64,000 nucleotides of DNA from Opitutia bacterium (GTDB lineage Bacteria; Verrucomicrobiota; Verrucomicrobiia; Opitutales; Opitutaceae), in assembly GCA_947478395.1 (NCBI GenBank), contig CANJVR010000004.1, positions 64,001 to 128,000 on the forward strand, in the 5' to 3' direction. The notes under the pieces are model-generated. The model was not told where the DNA came from, did no database searches, and saw nothing but the letters and a program-made list of their open reading frames with translations. Positions 45,678-55,368 of the stretch are shown in pieces. How positions within the stretch are numbered: the first letter of the stretch is position 1; every line of letters starts with the position of its first letter. The position numbers and the translations under genes are program-made.

Positions 45678-47543
45678 TTGAAAATTGCGTCACCGCCCCC
45701 CGTCCGAAATCTGCGCCAGGAATCACCGGGCTTTTTTTCCCGGGCAACGGGAAGTTTCTCGCACACGCCACGAACCATCGGGTTGGTGTGGCGTTCTGCG
45801 CCGGGCGGGCTGGTGATGGTCGCGATCTTGGTGGTGGTCTCGGCTGTTTTACCGGTGACGGTGGCGTGGGTGGGCAAGGTGATTGTCGACGCCGTGGTGG
45901 CGGCGCACAGCGCAACAGGCGCAGGGCATGACGCCGCGGTGACGAAGGTATGGCACTGGGTGCTGATCGAGCTGGGCTTGGTGGCCGGCATCGGTCTCGT
46001 GGAGCGGGGAACCGGTCTGCTGCGGCAACTGATGGGGTCGCGGCTCGCGATCGATCTGGCGGTCACGATTATGGAAAAGGCGTTGACGCTCGATCTGCGC
46101 CATTTCGAGGACGCGCCATTCTACGATAAGCTGACGCGCGCTCGGCGGGAGGCGTCGTCACGACCGCTGTCGCTCGTGCAACAAAATTTCCAAATCGTTA
46201 GGAGCGGCCTGACGCTGGTGGGCTTTGCGGCGCTGCTGTTGAGTTTCAGTCCGTGGGTGGTCGCCGGCTTGTTGTTGGCGGCGGTGCCGGCGTTTGTGGC
46301 GGAGGCACGGTTTTCTGGCGCGGCGTTCCGGCTGCGCAACTGGCGTTCCCCGGACGCGCGCCGGCTCAATTATCTCGAGTATCTGATCGGCAATGATGAG
46401 CACGCGAAGGAGGTGAAGCTGTTCGGTCTTGGGCCGCTGATGTTGACGCGCTACAAAAAACTTTCGGAGACGTTTTTTGCCGAAGACCGAAAGCTCGCCG
46501 TGAGCCGGGCGGGCTGGACGTTTGGGTTGTCCCTGATCAGCACGGCGGCGTTTTACAGCTGTTATGTGGCGGTGGCGCTCGGGGCGGCGGCGGGGCGGGT
46601 GTCACTGGGCGAGATGACGCTTTACGTGGTCGCGTTTCGCCAGGGGCAAGGAGCGTTCCAGTCGATCTTGTCGGCGCTCGGCGGCATGTATGAGGACAAT
46701 CTGTACATGGCGAATTTGTTTGAGTTTCTCGCGATGCCGACGGGCCGGGCGGCGCGGCCCGCGATCGCGCCGCAGCCGTTCCTTGCAGAGAAGGGCATCA
46801 GGTTCGAGGGCGTGGGCTTTCGTTATCCGGCCGCGAAAGACTGGGCGTTACGGGGCGTGTCGGTTTTTATTCCCGAAGGGCAGAGCTTGGCGCTGGTGGG
46901 ACAGAACGGAGCGGGCAAGACGACCTTCATTAAACTCCTCACGCGGCTCTACGAACCGACGGAAGGACGTGTGCTGCTCGATGGAAAAGATCTCGCCGAC
47001 TGGGACGAGGCCGAGTTGCGGCGTCGCGTGGGCGTGATCTTCCAGGACTTCAACCAGTATCAATTTGCACTGCGCGAAAACGTGGGCTTTGGCAGCGTGG
47101 AGTTTCTGGCGGACGACGTGCGGATTGACCGGGCGGTGGAGCGGGGCGGGGCGAAAGAATTTGTGGCGACGCTCGCGGCGGGGCTGGATACGCAGCTCGG
47201 GCATTGGTTTAACGACGGCGCGGAGCTGTCGGGCGGCCAATGGCAACGGGTGGGATTGGCGCGGGCGTTCATGCGCGAGGAGGCGGATATTCTGGTCCTC
47301 GATGAGCCGACCGCGGCGCTGGATGCGGAGGCGGAGCATGCCGTTTTTGAACGCTTTCGCACGCTGACGCGCGGTCGCACGGCGATTCTGATCTCGCACC
47401 GATTTCCTACGGTGCGCATGGCGGATCGCATTCTCGTGATCGAGCAAGGCTCGATCCGCGAGCAGGGCTCGCACGAGGAATTGCTCGCGAGCGGCGGGAT
47501 CTACGCGCGGCTCTTTTCTTTGCAGGCGGAGGGCTATCGGTAG
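45678..47543 (+). CDS. ABC transporter, fused permease/ATP-binding (exporter type)
   Basis: Multiple TM helices; GQNGAGKTT, LSGGQWQR, LDEPTAALD and ISHRF. Confidence 0.93.
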   Translation: MKIASPPPVRNLRQESPGFFSRATGSFSHTPRTIGLVWRSAPGGLVMVAILVVVSAVLPVTVAWVGKVIVDAVVAAHSATGAGHDAAVTKVWHWVLIELGLVAGIGLVERGTGLLRQLMGSRLAIDLAVTIMEKALTLDLRHFEDAPFYDKLTRARREASSRPLSLVQQNFQIVRSGLTLVGFAALLLSFSPWVVAGLLLAAVPAFVAEARFSGAAFRLRNWRSPDARRLNYLEYLIGNDEHAKEVKLFGLGPLMLTRYKKLSETFFAEDRKLAVSRAGWTFGLSLISTAAFYSCYVAVALGAAAGRVSLGEMTLYVVAFRQGQGAFQSILSALGGMYEDNLYMANLFEFLAMPTGRAARPAIAPQPFLAEKGIRFEGVGFRYPAAKDWALRGVSVFIPEGQSLALVGQNGAGKTTFIKLLTRLYEPTEGRVLLDGKDLADWDEAELRRRVGVIFQDFNQYQFALRENVGFGSVEFLADDVRIDRAVERGGAKEFVATLAAGLDTQLGHWFNDGAELSGGQWQRVGLARAFMREEADILVLDEPTAALDAEAEHAVFERFRTLTRGRTAILISHRFPTVRMADRILVIEQGSIREQGSHEELLASGGIYARLFSLQAEGYR

Positions 47544-47576
47544 AGCGGTTTAACCAAAAGCGTAGCCTCAAACAAC

Positions 47577-47650
47577 CTAGCGGCAGGCGTCGGTGTCGCC
47601 CTGAAAATGAGGCCGCCGAACCCGGCCGGCCGCGACGCCTATCGCCGCAC
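47577..47650. repeat. REP-doublet-like element, degenerate copy 2
   Basis: TAGCGGCAGGCGTC...GAGG.C.CCGAACCCGGCCGGC...GACGCCT shared with 7107-7176. Confidence 0.55.
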
Positions 47651-47939
47651 AAAATGGCTGCGAAAAACTTATACCGCTCTTGCCGGTGCCGCGGAGCGGG
47701 TCCACGACGGGAACGCTCGTGAGCGTCGAGTCGTCGCGTAAGCGCAGCGACGGATCGTGTCCAAGGCCTGCGATTCCCCGCAGAGCCCAAGGCCGTGCCG
47801 GACGAGCTAGCGCCGGTTGTAAAAATACTTCGGGCTCGCCGGCTCGCCCGCCGAACCCGTGAAGAATGCGTCCAGCGTACGGATTAGAAGGGAGTAAAAT
47901 GTGAAATGAATTCCATCCGCGCCATCATGAGTCCTGCGC

Positions 47940-48566
47940 CTAAGAATTTTCAGCTGATCCGAGCCAGCCCCGCGCCCCATCGATGTCGGGCTGGGCTAAC
48001 CCGTGGCCTCCCCGGTTGGACTGCATCTCGACCGTTGCGCCGCCGGCTTGGAGGAGCGCCGCGAGGCACGCCGGGTCATCGCGCGGCACAATCGGGTCAG
48101 CGTCGCCGTTGAGGAGCAGGACGCGCTTGCCCGTGAGCGACCGGGATGGTGCCGCCTGATCAAGGACGACCATGGGACGAAGCAGAATTCCACCCGCGAG
48201 TGATGCGGGACGGAGTTGAAGGAGAGTGGCCGCGATATTAGCGCCGTTCGAAAAACCCACCGCGAGGAGTCGGCCGGCGTCGATCCGGTAGTGGGCCGTG
48301 GCGGCAATGATGAAGCCCGCGAGCGCGTGCGTTCGTGCGGCCACCTCCGCTGGATCGAAAACACCCTCCGAGAGACGCGCGAAGAAACGGCGGGCGCCGC
48401 CCTCGCTCACTTGTCCGAGCGGGCTGAGTACGGCCGAACCGGGTGAAAGCGCGCGGGCGAGTGGGAGAAGGTCGCGTTCGTTCCCGCCCGTACCGTGCAA
48501 AAGTAACAGCGGCGGAGCCACCGAATCAGCGCCGGGCTGGTAGAAATGTTGGTAGGAGAAATTCAT
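47940..48566 (-). CDS. Alpha/beta hydrolase (MhqD-like carboxylesterase)
   Basis: LLLHGTGGNE, GFSNGANIA, DPIVP and GHGL; start at ATG 48566. Confidence 0.9.
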   Translation of the reverse strand: MNFSYQHFYQPGADSVAPPLLLLHGTGGNERDLLPLARALSPGSAVLSPLGQVSEGGARRFFARLSEGVFDPAEVAARTHALAGFIIAATAHYRIDAGRLLAVGFSNGANIAATLLQLRPASLAGGILLRPMVVLDQAAPSRSLTGKRVLLLNGDADPIVPRDDPACLAALLQAGGATVEMQSNRGGHGLAQPDIDGARGWLGSAENS

Positions 48567-48602
48567 GAAACCGTGCGAAAAATCGAAAACCGTTCCTGAA
48601 AA

Positions 48603-48625
48603 CATGTCACTTAATAGGTGACATG
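48603..48625. repeat. 19-bp palindromic element, copy 2 (extended stem CATGTCAC-N7-GTGACATG)
   Basis: Identical core to 687-705; intergenic between dioxygenase and hydrolase. Confidence 0.75.
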
Positions 48626-48659
48626 GGGTCGATGTTTGGGGCCGGAACCGGCGGAGAGG

Positions 48660-49601
48660 TTATGAAAGTTTAGGGAGGGCGGCTTCGATGGCGGCGCGCT
48701 GCGATTCATACTGCGCGGGAAGCTGCAGGGTGGTGCCGAGGGCATCGAGCGGCTCGTCGATCGCGAAGCCGGGATTGTCGGTGGCGATCTCGAAAAGGAC
48801 CCCGGCTGGTTCACGGTAATAGATCGAATGAAAATAATTTCGATCCATGACCGGACTCGGCTGGTAGCCGAGCTCACGCAGCGTGTGGAGTGCGGTCGCC
48901 TGCGTGGTGTCATTAGGGGTCCGAAATGCGACGTGGTGAACGGTGCCCGCTCCAGCAAGACCCGAGGGCAAAGTAGGATCGGTCAGGAGATCGACGTAAC
49001 CGCCCACGCCGACCGGCAACTCGAGACGGGTCCGGTGCGCGACCGTCTGAACGCTGCGATAGCCCATGGTGCCAGTCAGCAGCGCTTCTGTGCGGCGGGA
49101 ATTGGCGAGGGCGATGGTGATTCCGTGAAAACCGCGAATGGCGGCCGTCGCCGGAATTTCCGCGGACAAATGTGCGGGCCGAAGATCTGGTGCGGCGGTA
49201 GCAATCAACTCAAGCCGGAGGCCGTCGGGGTCGGTGAAAGCGAGGACTTGATCGCCGAAGCGTTCGGTCACCGGCGAGGTCGCGACCGCGCTGGCCTTCA
49301 GCCATCCGGCCCAGAAAGAAAGCGCGCCCGCCGGAACGGAAAACGCCGTGGCGTAAACTTGACCGTGACCGGGACGCCCGCGGCGGACGCCGGCCCAGGG
49401 AAAAAACGTGAGCACGGAACCAGGCGTTCCCACGCTGTCGCCATAGTAGAGGTGATAGGTTGTCGGATCGTCGAAGTTAACGGTCTTTTTGATCAGACGC
49501 AGGCCCAGGACGCGGGTGTAGAATTCGACGTTGCGGCGGGGATCGCCCGCGATGGCGGTGACGTGATGCAGGCCGGTGAGCGGGAGAAAAGATGAGTTCA
49601 T
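48660..49601 (-). CDS. Ring-cleaving dioxygenase (VOC; MhqA/MhqO-like)
   Basis: GLHHVTAIAG, KKTVNFDDP..YHLYYGD, TVHHVAFR, DRNYFHSIYYREP and FEIATD. Confidence 0.93.
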   Translation of the reverse strand: MNSSFLPLTGLHHVTAIAGDPRRNVEFYTRVLGLRLIKKTVNFDDPTTYHLYYGDSVGTPGSVLTFFPWAGVRRGRPGHGQVYATAFSVPAGALSFWAGWLKASAVATSPVTERFGDQVLAFTDPDGLRLELIATAAPDLRPAHLSAEIPATAAIRGFHGITIALANSRRTEALLTGTMGYRSVQTVAHRTRLELPVGVGGYVDLLTDPTLPSGLAGAGTVHHVAFRTPNDTTQATALHTLRELGYQPSPVMDRNYFHSIYYREPAGVLFEIATDNPGFAIDEPLDALGTTLQLPAQYESQRAAIEAALPKLS

Positions 49602-49604
49602 CAG

Positions 49605-49626
49605 AATCGTTTAATGTTAAAGTAAT
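49605..49626. promoter_or_regulatory. Candidate MarR operator 1
   Basis: AATCGTTTAATGTTAAAGTAAT, an AT-rich dyad 3 bp from the dioxygenase ATG; its reverse complement matches 50264-50285. Confidence 0.7.
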
Positions 49627-49801
49627 CAACCTCCGGCCCGGAGAATGGCAAGCGCTTTGCCGCGAAAGATCGATTCGCCGTGGTCACTGGTGCCGGTTTT
49701 TCCCGGACCAACGTGAAAACATTCCGAGGTGATTGAGGCCCGGCGGGAATGGATCCGGCTGGACGGCGACGGGCAATGGCGGAAGTCCGCGCCGGGGGCG
49801 G

Positions 49802-50263
49802 CTACGGGGTCGCGTAGATCGGCCGACCGAGGCCAAGTTTTTTGCCCAGACGGGCCAGCACTGATTGCTCGCGGGGGGTGAGCACGGCGAATTCCTTGAC
49901 GAGTTGCGCGGCGACTTTGGGGAAGACCGTGCTGATGAGTCGGCGGCCTTTGGGCGTGAGGGTGACTTTCACGAAACGACGGTCGGCGGCGGTGCGCTCG
50001 CGGCTGATGAGTCCATCGCGTTCGAGATTTGCGACCACGAGCGTGAGGTTCCCGCCGCTGCGCAACAGTTTCGCGGCGAGGTCCGATTGGAAAAGCGGTC
50101 CGCGGTGATACAGCGCTTCGAGCGCGGCGAATTGCGTGAACGAAAGACTGGCGGGCAGCTTGGCGTGAGAGCGGGCGGTCACTGATTCCGCGGCGCGCAT
50201 GAGCTTGATATAGGCGTCCAGCGCGGCGACTTCGGCCTTTGGCCCTTGATGATGGCTGCCCAT
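49802..50263 (-). CDS. MarR family regulator (MhqR-like)
   Basis: QFAALEALYHRGPL, SGGNLTLVVANLERDGL and DRR...LTPKG; upstream of dioxygenase and hydrolase. Confidence 0.92.
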   Translation of the reverse strand: MGSHHQGPKAEVAALDAYIKLMRAAESVTARSHAKLPASLSFTQFAALEALYHRGPLFQSDLAAKLLRSGGNLTLVVANLERDGLISRERTAADRRFVKVTLTPKGRRLISTVFPKVAAQLVKEFAVLTPREQSVLARLGKKLGLGRPIYATP

Positions 50264-50285
50264 GATATTTTAACGTGAAACGATT
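50264..50285. promoter_or_regulatory. Candidate MarR operator 2 (autoregulatory)
   Basis: GATATTTTAACGTGAAACGATT abuts the marR ATG. Confidence 0.7.
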
Positions 50286-50450
50286 CCTGAATCGGGCGCA
50301 AGTTGCACCGGGCGATTTACCGCGGCGGCCTTATTTCCAAGGCCAGTGAATAATCCCAGTAGCCGAGCGAGCGCGAAAATGAAAATTCGATCGGGTTTGC
50401 GGCCAGTGTCTCGACAGGGAGGCGATCGTCCTTCGGGCCCCGGCGATGCG

Positions 50451-50900
50451 TCACGTCGTAGCGTCAATTTTTGCGATGCGGGCGATGTGACGTCCGCCTT
50501 CGAACGGCGTCGCGAGCCAGACGCGCACGATCTGCAAAGCCTCTGCTTCGGTGACAGTGCGCTGGCCGAGGGAGAGGCAGTTCGCGTCGTTGTGCGATCG
50601 ATTCCAAATGGCGACCTGCTCGTTCCAGCAAAGTCCGCAGCGCACGCCTTTGACCCGGTTGGCGACGATTGCCTCGCCGTTACCGGAGCCGCCTAATACG
50701 ATGCCGCGCTGATATTCCCCGCGGGCGACGGCTTCTGCGACGGGCCGGATAAAATCAGGGTAGTCGCAACTAGCCTCGGAGTAGGTGCCGAGGTCGCGCA
50801 CGGTGTGCCCTTCGGCGAGGAGCATCGTCTTGATGGCTTCCTTGTAGGCGTAACCGGCGTGATCCGAGCCGATGGCGATCGTGAAAGTCGGAGTGGACAT
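50451..50900 (-). CDS. rpiB: Ribose 5-phosphate isomerase B
   Basis: IAIGSDHAG, DYPD, GGSGNGEAIVANRVKGVR, HNDAN and FEGGRH. Confidence 0.95.
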   Translation of the reverse strand: MSTPTFTIAIGSDHAGYAYKEAIKTMLLAEGHTVRDLGTYSEASCDYPDFIRPVAEAVARGEYQRGIVLGGSGNGEAIVANRVKGVRCGLCWNEQVAIWNRSHNDANCLSLGQRTVTEAEALQIVRVWLATPFEGGRHIARIAKIDATT

Positions 50901-51371
50901 GGTGGCGGAGGCGGGCGACCTGAGGGGAGCTTGGGCGTGTTACGCCGGGTTTCATTTCGTCCACAGTCCTCCGGTGGCAGCAAACAAAATTACCCAGATG
51001 AAATTTAGTTCGGCGATTTCGACGTCAGTGGTCGTCGCGGACGCCAGAGGTTACGCTCCTGGTCTGGACGCGAGGCTCGTGAAAATTTGACGCTCGTTGC
51101 GACGCGGTCGGCTGGTGTGTAAGCCACGGTGCGCGCGGGGCTAGGCGCGGTTGGTTTTACGCCGGATCAGGTGCAGGTGGTGGCGGCGATCCTGCACGCA
51201 GGCGGGTGATTTTTGAAACGGGTCGAGGTGCGCGATCGAGCAGATTTAAAACAAACGGCTTATCGGCGGGGAAATGAGGGTCTGGTCTGAAGCCGTAGGA
51301 TCGTACGTAAAAAAGATCAGAGGGCCGCGTCAGGCGGTTGCGATTTAGGAAATCAGCGGCACATTCTTACC

Positions 51372-51812
51372 ATGAATGCACGCAAGGTTTTCATCCTGAT
51401 GGCCGCTGCGTTTGGGTGGGCGGGGTGCGCCACGCCCGAGGCTCGGATTCAGCGACGCCCGGAAATCTTCGCCCGCCTCACGCTGGCAGAGCAGGAAACA
51501 ATTAGGAAAGGCGGAGTGAACGTCGGCTTTGACCAGGAGATGGTGAAGCTCGGCTTGGGTGAGCCCGATCGAGTGCGCAGTCGGACCGATGCGAGAGGAA
51601 CGACCGACGTCTGGATTTATGCGACCTACGATCGCTCGGATGGACTTCCGCTCTATCGCGGCTGGTATCACCGTTACTACGGTTGGGGCGATCCGCTCTA
51701 CCCGTACTACCTCGATTATCCGGCGCGGCGGACGCACGAATATTTGCGCGTTGCGTTCGACGTGAGTGGCAAGGTTTCGAGTATCGAGAAAGACCAGCGG
51801 GACCGCTATTAG
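51372..51812 (+). CDS. Hypothetical lipoprotein (SmpA/BamE-like fold possible)
   Basis: Lipobox WAGC; GFDQEMVKLGLGEPD...VWIY pattern. Confidence 0.75.
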   Translation: MNARKVFILMAAAFGWAGCATPEARIQRRPEIFARLTLAEQETIRKGGVNVGFDQEMVKLGLGEPDRVRSRTDARGTTDVWIYATYDRSDGLPLYRGWYHRYYGWGDPLYPYYLDYPARRTHEYLRVAFDVSGKVSSIEKDQRDRY

Positions 51813-52672
51813 TCGGAAACCAGCCGTGGGGAGGCTTCCCGCACGCGGACTTCGACCTTCAGTGAACGCGTGGGCGCACCGCGATATGTGCCGTTGATCG
51901 GACGGATATCGGCGTAATCGCGGCCGGTCGCGATCTTGACGTAACGGTCGTCGGCGACGCGATCGTGGGTGGGGTCAAACGCGGCCCACCCGTAGCCGGG
52001 AACGTAGGCTTCGATCCAGGCGTGCGAGGCTTCTATTTCCCGCGGACGGCGGGTCGTGTTGAAAAAATATCCACTCACGTAGCGGGCGGGAATGCCGAGG
52101 CTGCGGCAGAGACCGAGGTGGACGTGAGCGAAATCCTGGCAGACGCCCATACGGAGTTTGAGCGCGTCGTTGGCTCGCGTGCTGACGCCCGTGGTCTTCG
52201 GTTTGTAGGCAAACGTGCGGTAAATGTGCCCGCCGAGCCGTCTGACATCGTTCCATATATCGCCTCGCCCTTCGGCCAGCGCGTCCTGGGCCTCGCGCCA
52301 GAGGTCTACCTCCAGCGGGACATAGGGGGAGCTCGTATAAAACTCCGCGAGCATCTCTCGCTCCGACGAGTTTTTTAGATCGGAACTCGTCACGGATGGA
52401 ACTGGCGGACGTTCGGCCAGCGGGACGGTTTCAACCACGGACTGAACCTCGACGACGAGTTTGTTGTGCGCTTCGGCGATGTCGAAGTAGTGAATGGTGT
52501 TGCCGTAGAAATCCGAATATTCCTGCGGGGCTGCGACGGGATCGAGGCGCAGGTTGAACGACCGGCAGGTTTGCGTGGCGTCATCGACGGGTCGGAGACG
52601 GACCTCGTTGAAGCTGTCCTGTGCCTTGCCCGCGTAGTTGAATGTGGTGCGATGGAGAATGCGAAGATGCAT
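51809..52672 (-). CDS. Transglutaminase family protein
   Basis: HRTTFNY..NEVRLRP; GVCQDFAH, ARYVSGY, SHAWIE, FDPT and GRDYADIRP. Confidence 0.93.
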   Translation of the reverse strand: MHLRILHRTTFNYAGKAQDSFNEVRLRPVDDATQTCRSFNLRLDPVAAPQEYSDFYGNTIHYFDIAEAHNKLVVEVQSVVETVPLAERPPVPSVTSSDLKNSSEREMLAEFYTSSPYVPLEVDLWREAQDALAEGRGDIWNDVRRLGGHIYRTFAYKPKTTGVSTRANDALKLRMGVCQDFAHVHLGLCRSLGIPARYVSGYFFNTTRRPREIEASHAWIEAYVPGYGWAAFDPTHDRVADDRYVKIATGRDYADIRPINGTYRGAPTRSLKVEVRVREASPRLVSD

Positions 52673-52692
52673 GGCTGCGGCCGAGGCTCTGA

Positions 52693-53697
52693 CTACTGCT
52701 GCTGCTGTTGTTGCTGCTCCTCGCCGGAAGCCTCAATCGGATAAAACATGGTGGTCTGAACCACCTCCTCGCCGATCGCATCGAGCTTAGTTTGGATTTC
52801 TTCGAGAAACTCGTGAATGCCCTGTTCCAGAACATCGGTGATGGTAAGCGACTGGAGGTCCGCGACGAGGCGGCGGGCGGCGCGACCCGCATCGGAGCGG
52901 GGCCGGGCGCCGGTTTCGCCCAGGATGCGGCGGAGGAATTCGTCGATCTGCGTGGCGCAGTAGTGCAGCGAGCGTGGAAAGGAGTCGGAGAAGATGAGGA
53001 ACTCCGCTGCTTTCCAGGGCAGAATTTCGCGGACGTAATACCGCCGGTAGGACTCGAGCGCGCTGGCGGAGCGGAGCACGGCCTGCCATTGCGCCGTGTC
53101 AACGGCGCCGCCGACGTCGGTGGCGTCTGGTAGCAGAATGTGGTATTTCACGTCCAAGATCCGGGTGGTTTTGTCCGCCCGCTCAATGAACTTGCCGAAC
53201 TGGATAAACTCCCAGCCCTCGCTGCGGGTGTAAGTGGCATCGGTCAGGCCCTGAAAGAGGTGCGAGGCGCGTTTGATGTGCTGGAAAAATTCATTGGGAC
53301 TACCGGCCCAGACTTCCGCCGTGCTGCTCGATTTGAGGAAAATATGTAGCTCGTTTAAGGTCTCCCACATTTCGAGCGAAATTTGGTCGCGAATCATCCG
53401 GGCGTTTTCCCGCGCGGCGAAAACGCAGCTCAAAATTGAACTTGGATTGCGCAGATCGAAGGCGAGGAAATCGGTGACGGTGCGGCTGGTCGCGTGGGTC
53501 CCGTGGATCTTTCCGAAGAGTTCCTCATCGCCTGAACTGTAAATGATCGAGTCCCAGTGTTCGCGCAGCTTCGAATCGTCGAGGCCTTGGAAATCGAGCA
53601 GGAACTGGAGGTTGACCTCCAGCAGCCGGGCGATGTTTTCCGAGCGCTCGATGTAGCGGCTCATCCAATAAAGCGAGTGGGCCACGCGGGAGAGCAT
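52693..53697 (-). CDS. Alpha-E domain protein (DUF403) with C-terminal polyQ
   Basis: MLSRVAHSLYWMSRYIERSEN.ARLL, ARENAR..R..IS.EMWE, IERADKTTRILDVKY and FPRS; ends EEQQQQQQQ; alternative start at 53745. Confidence 0.93.
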   Translation of the reverse strand: MLSRVAHSLYWMSRYIERSENIARLLEVNLQFLLDFQGLDDSKLREHWDSIIYSSGDEELFGKIHGTHATSRTVTDFLAFDLRNPSSILSCVFAARENARMIRDQISLEMWETLNELHIFLKSSSTAEVWAGSPNEFFQHIKRASHLFQGLTDATYTRSEGWEFIQFGKFIERADKTTRILDVKYHILLPDATDVGGAVDTAQWQAVLRSASALESYRRYYVREILPWKAAEFLIFSDSFPRSLHYCATQIDEFLRRILGETGARPRSDAGRAARRLVADLQSLTITDVLEQGIHEFLEEIQTKLDAIGEEVVQTTMFYPIEASGEEQQQQQQQ

Positions 53698-53869
53698 GGT
53701 GGAAGACTGGGCGCGGGCGGGCGGTAGCTTGGCGGCGGGAGGCATCGGAGGATTAGGTTGCAGATCCCAAATCTCCAAACGCCAAAATAGTCCCGGATTT
53801 GGCCGGCTGAAAAATTTGTGGATTCATGGGGTCGATGGGGATTCGTACGGTTGCGATCGAGGTTTTTGC

Positions 53870-55318
53870 CTACTCGTCTCCTTGCAGAACCCACGTGTCC
53901 TTGGAGCCGCCACCCTGCGAAGAGTTTACGACCAACGAGCCTTTTCTGAGGGCGACGCGCGTTAGACCGCCGGGAGTGACGGTGATCTTCTCGCCGTAGA
54001 GGATATAAGGGCGGAGATCGATGTGGCGGCCTTCGAGGGCGCCGTTGCACCACGTGGGTGAACGCGAAAGCGCGATCGGATCCTGCGCGATGAAATTGCG
54101 CGGTTGCGCCGCGACCTTGGCGCGAAAGTCGTCGCACTCCGCCTTGGTGGCAGCGGGGCCGATGAGCATCCCGTAGCCGCCGGCTTCGTTGGCGGATTTC
54201 ACGACGAGTTTCGCGATGTTTTCCAGGATGTATTTCCGGTCGAGCGGCTCGGATGCCAAATACGTGTTCACGTTGGCGAGGATCGGCTCTTCGCCGAGGT
54301 AGTATTTGATGATTCTCGGCACGTACGCGTAGATCACCTTGTCGTCGGCGACGCCCGTACCGATCGAGTTGGCCAGCGCGACGTGCCCGGCGCGGTAGGC
54401 GCCGACCAGGCCTTGGACGCCGAGCATCGAGTCGGAGCGGAAGACGGAGGGATCGAGAAAGTCGTCGTCGATGCGACGGTAGATTACGTCGACTTGGACG
54501 AGGCCTGCGGTGGTGCGCATGTAGACCTTTTGGTCGCGCACGACGAGGTCCCGCCCCTCGACAATCGGGATGCCCATTTGGCGGGCCAGAAACGTGTGTT
54601 CGAAATACGCGCTGTTGTACACGCCGGGCGTCAGCAGCACGACGTTCGGTTTGTCGATCCGATCGGGCGCGAGATGCAGCAGCGATTTCAGCAGCGCGTC
54701 ACCGTAAGTTTCCACGGGCCGCACGCCATAGGATTGAAAGAGATTGGGAAACGCGCGGCGCATCGCGACCCGGTTCTCCAGCATGTAGGAAGCGCCGGAG
54801 GGACAGCGCAGGTTGTCTTCGAGGATGAGGTAATTGCCGTCGTGATCGCGAATGAGATCGGTGCCGCAGATGTGGACGTAGATGTCGCGCGGTACATTGA
54901 AGTTCATGAACTCGCGCCGGAAATGTTTGGCGCTGAGGATTTGCGCGGCAGGGATGATCTTGTCCTTCAGGATCTTTTGCTCGTGGTAGATATCGTGCAG
55001 GAAAAGATTCAGCGCGGTGATGCGCTGGATCAGCCCGGCTTCCAGGCGGGCCCATTCACGCGAGGGGATGATGCGAGGAATGAGGTCGAAGGGGAAGATG
55101 CGCTCCGTGCCCTCGGAGTCGTTGTAAACGGTGAACGTGACCCCGCGCCGGAGGAACGCCAGGTCCACCGCGGCCCGGCGTTGGTTGAACTCTACCTCAG
55201 GTAAGCGGGTGAGGCGCTCGGCCAGGCGGCGATAGTGGGGACGAACAGTTTTGCCGTCGGGCTCGAACATCTCGTCGAAAAACGCGCCGGCGTCATAGGT
55301 AGAACTGATAAGCGACAC
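53870..55318 (-). CDS. Circularly permuted type 2 ATP-grasp protein
   Basis: [62 protein letters not shown] and [15 protein letters not shown]. Confidence 0.95.
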   Translation of the reverse strand: MSLISSTYDAGAFFDEMFEPDGKTVRPHYRRLAERLTRLPEVEFNQRRAAVDLAFLRRGVTFTVYNDSEGTERIFPFDLIPRIIPSREWARLEAGLIQRITALNLFLHDIYHEQKILKDKIIPAAQILSAKHFRREFMNFNVPRDIYVHICGTDLIRDHDGNYLILEDNLRCPSGASYMLENRVAMRRAFPNLFQSYGVRPVETYGDALLKSLLHLAPDRIDKPNVVLLTPGVYNSAYFEHTFLARQMGIPIVEGRDLVVRDQKVYMRTTAGLVQVDVIYRRIDDDFLDPSVFRSDSMLGVQGLVGAYRAGHVALANSIGTGVADDKVIYAYVPRIIKYYLGEEPILANVNTYLASEPLDRKYILENIAKLVVKSANEAGGYGMLIGPAATKAECDDFRAKVAAQPRNFIAQDPIALSRSPTWCNGALEGRHIDLRPYILYGEKITVTPGGLTRVALRKGSLVVNSSQGGGSKDTWVLQGDE

Positions 55319-55351
55319 AGGGAGGGATTTTGGTTTGCTGGCGACCTACCT

Positions 55352-55368
55352 AGCAGGTCCTTTGCCAG
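55352..55368 (-). promoter_or_regulatory. Candidate sigma54 promoter of the ATP-grasp/alpha-E/transglutaminase operon
   Basis: Minus strand CTGGCAAAGGACCTGCT has GG-N10-GC spacing and ends 33 bp before the GTG start. Confidence 0.6.

Noticed and set aside
50901..51371. 470-bp rpiB-lipoprotein intergenic region as a riboswitch or small gene
   Set aside because: No recognisable aptamer, terminator or credible ORF; it is compatible with divergent promoters.
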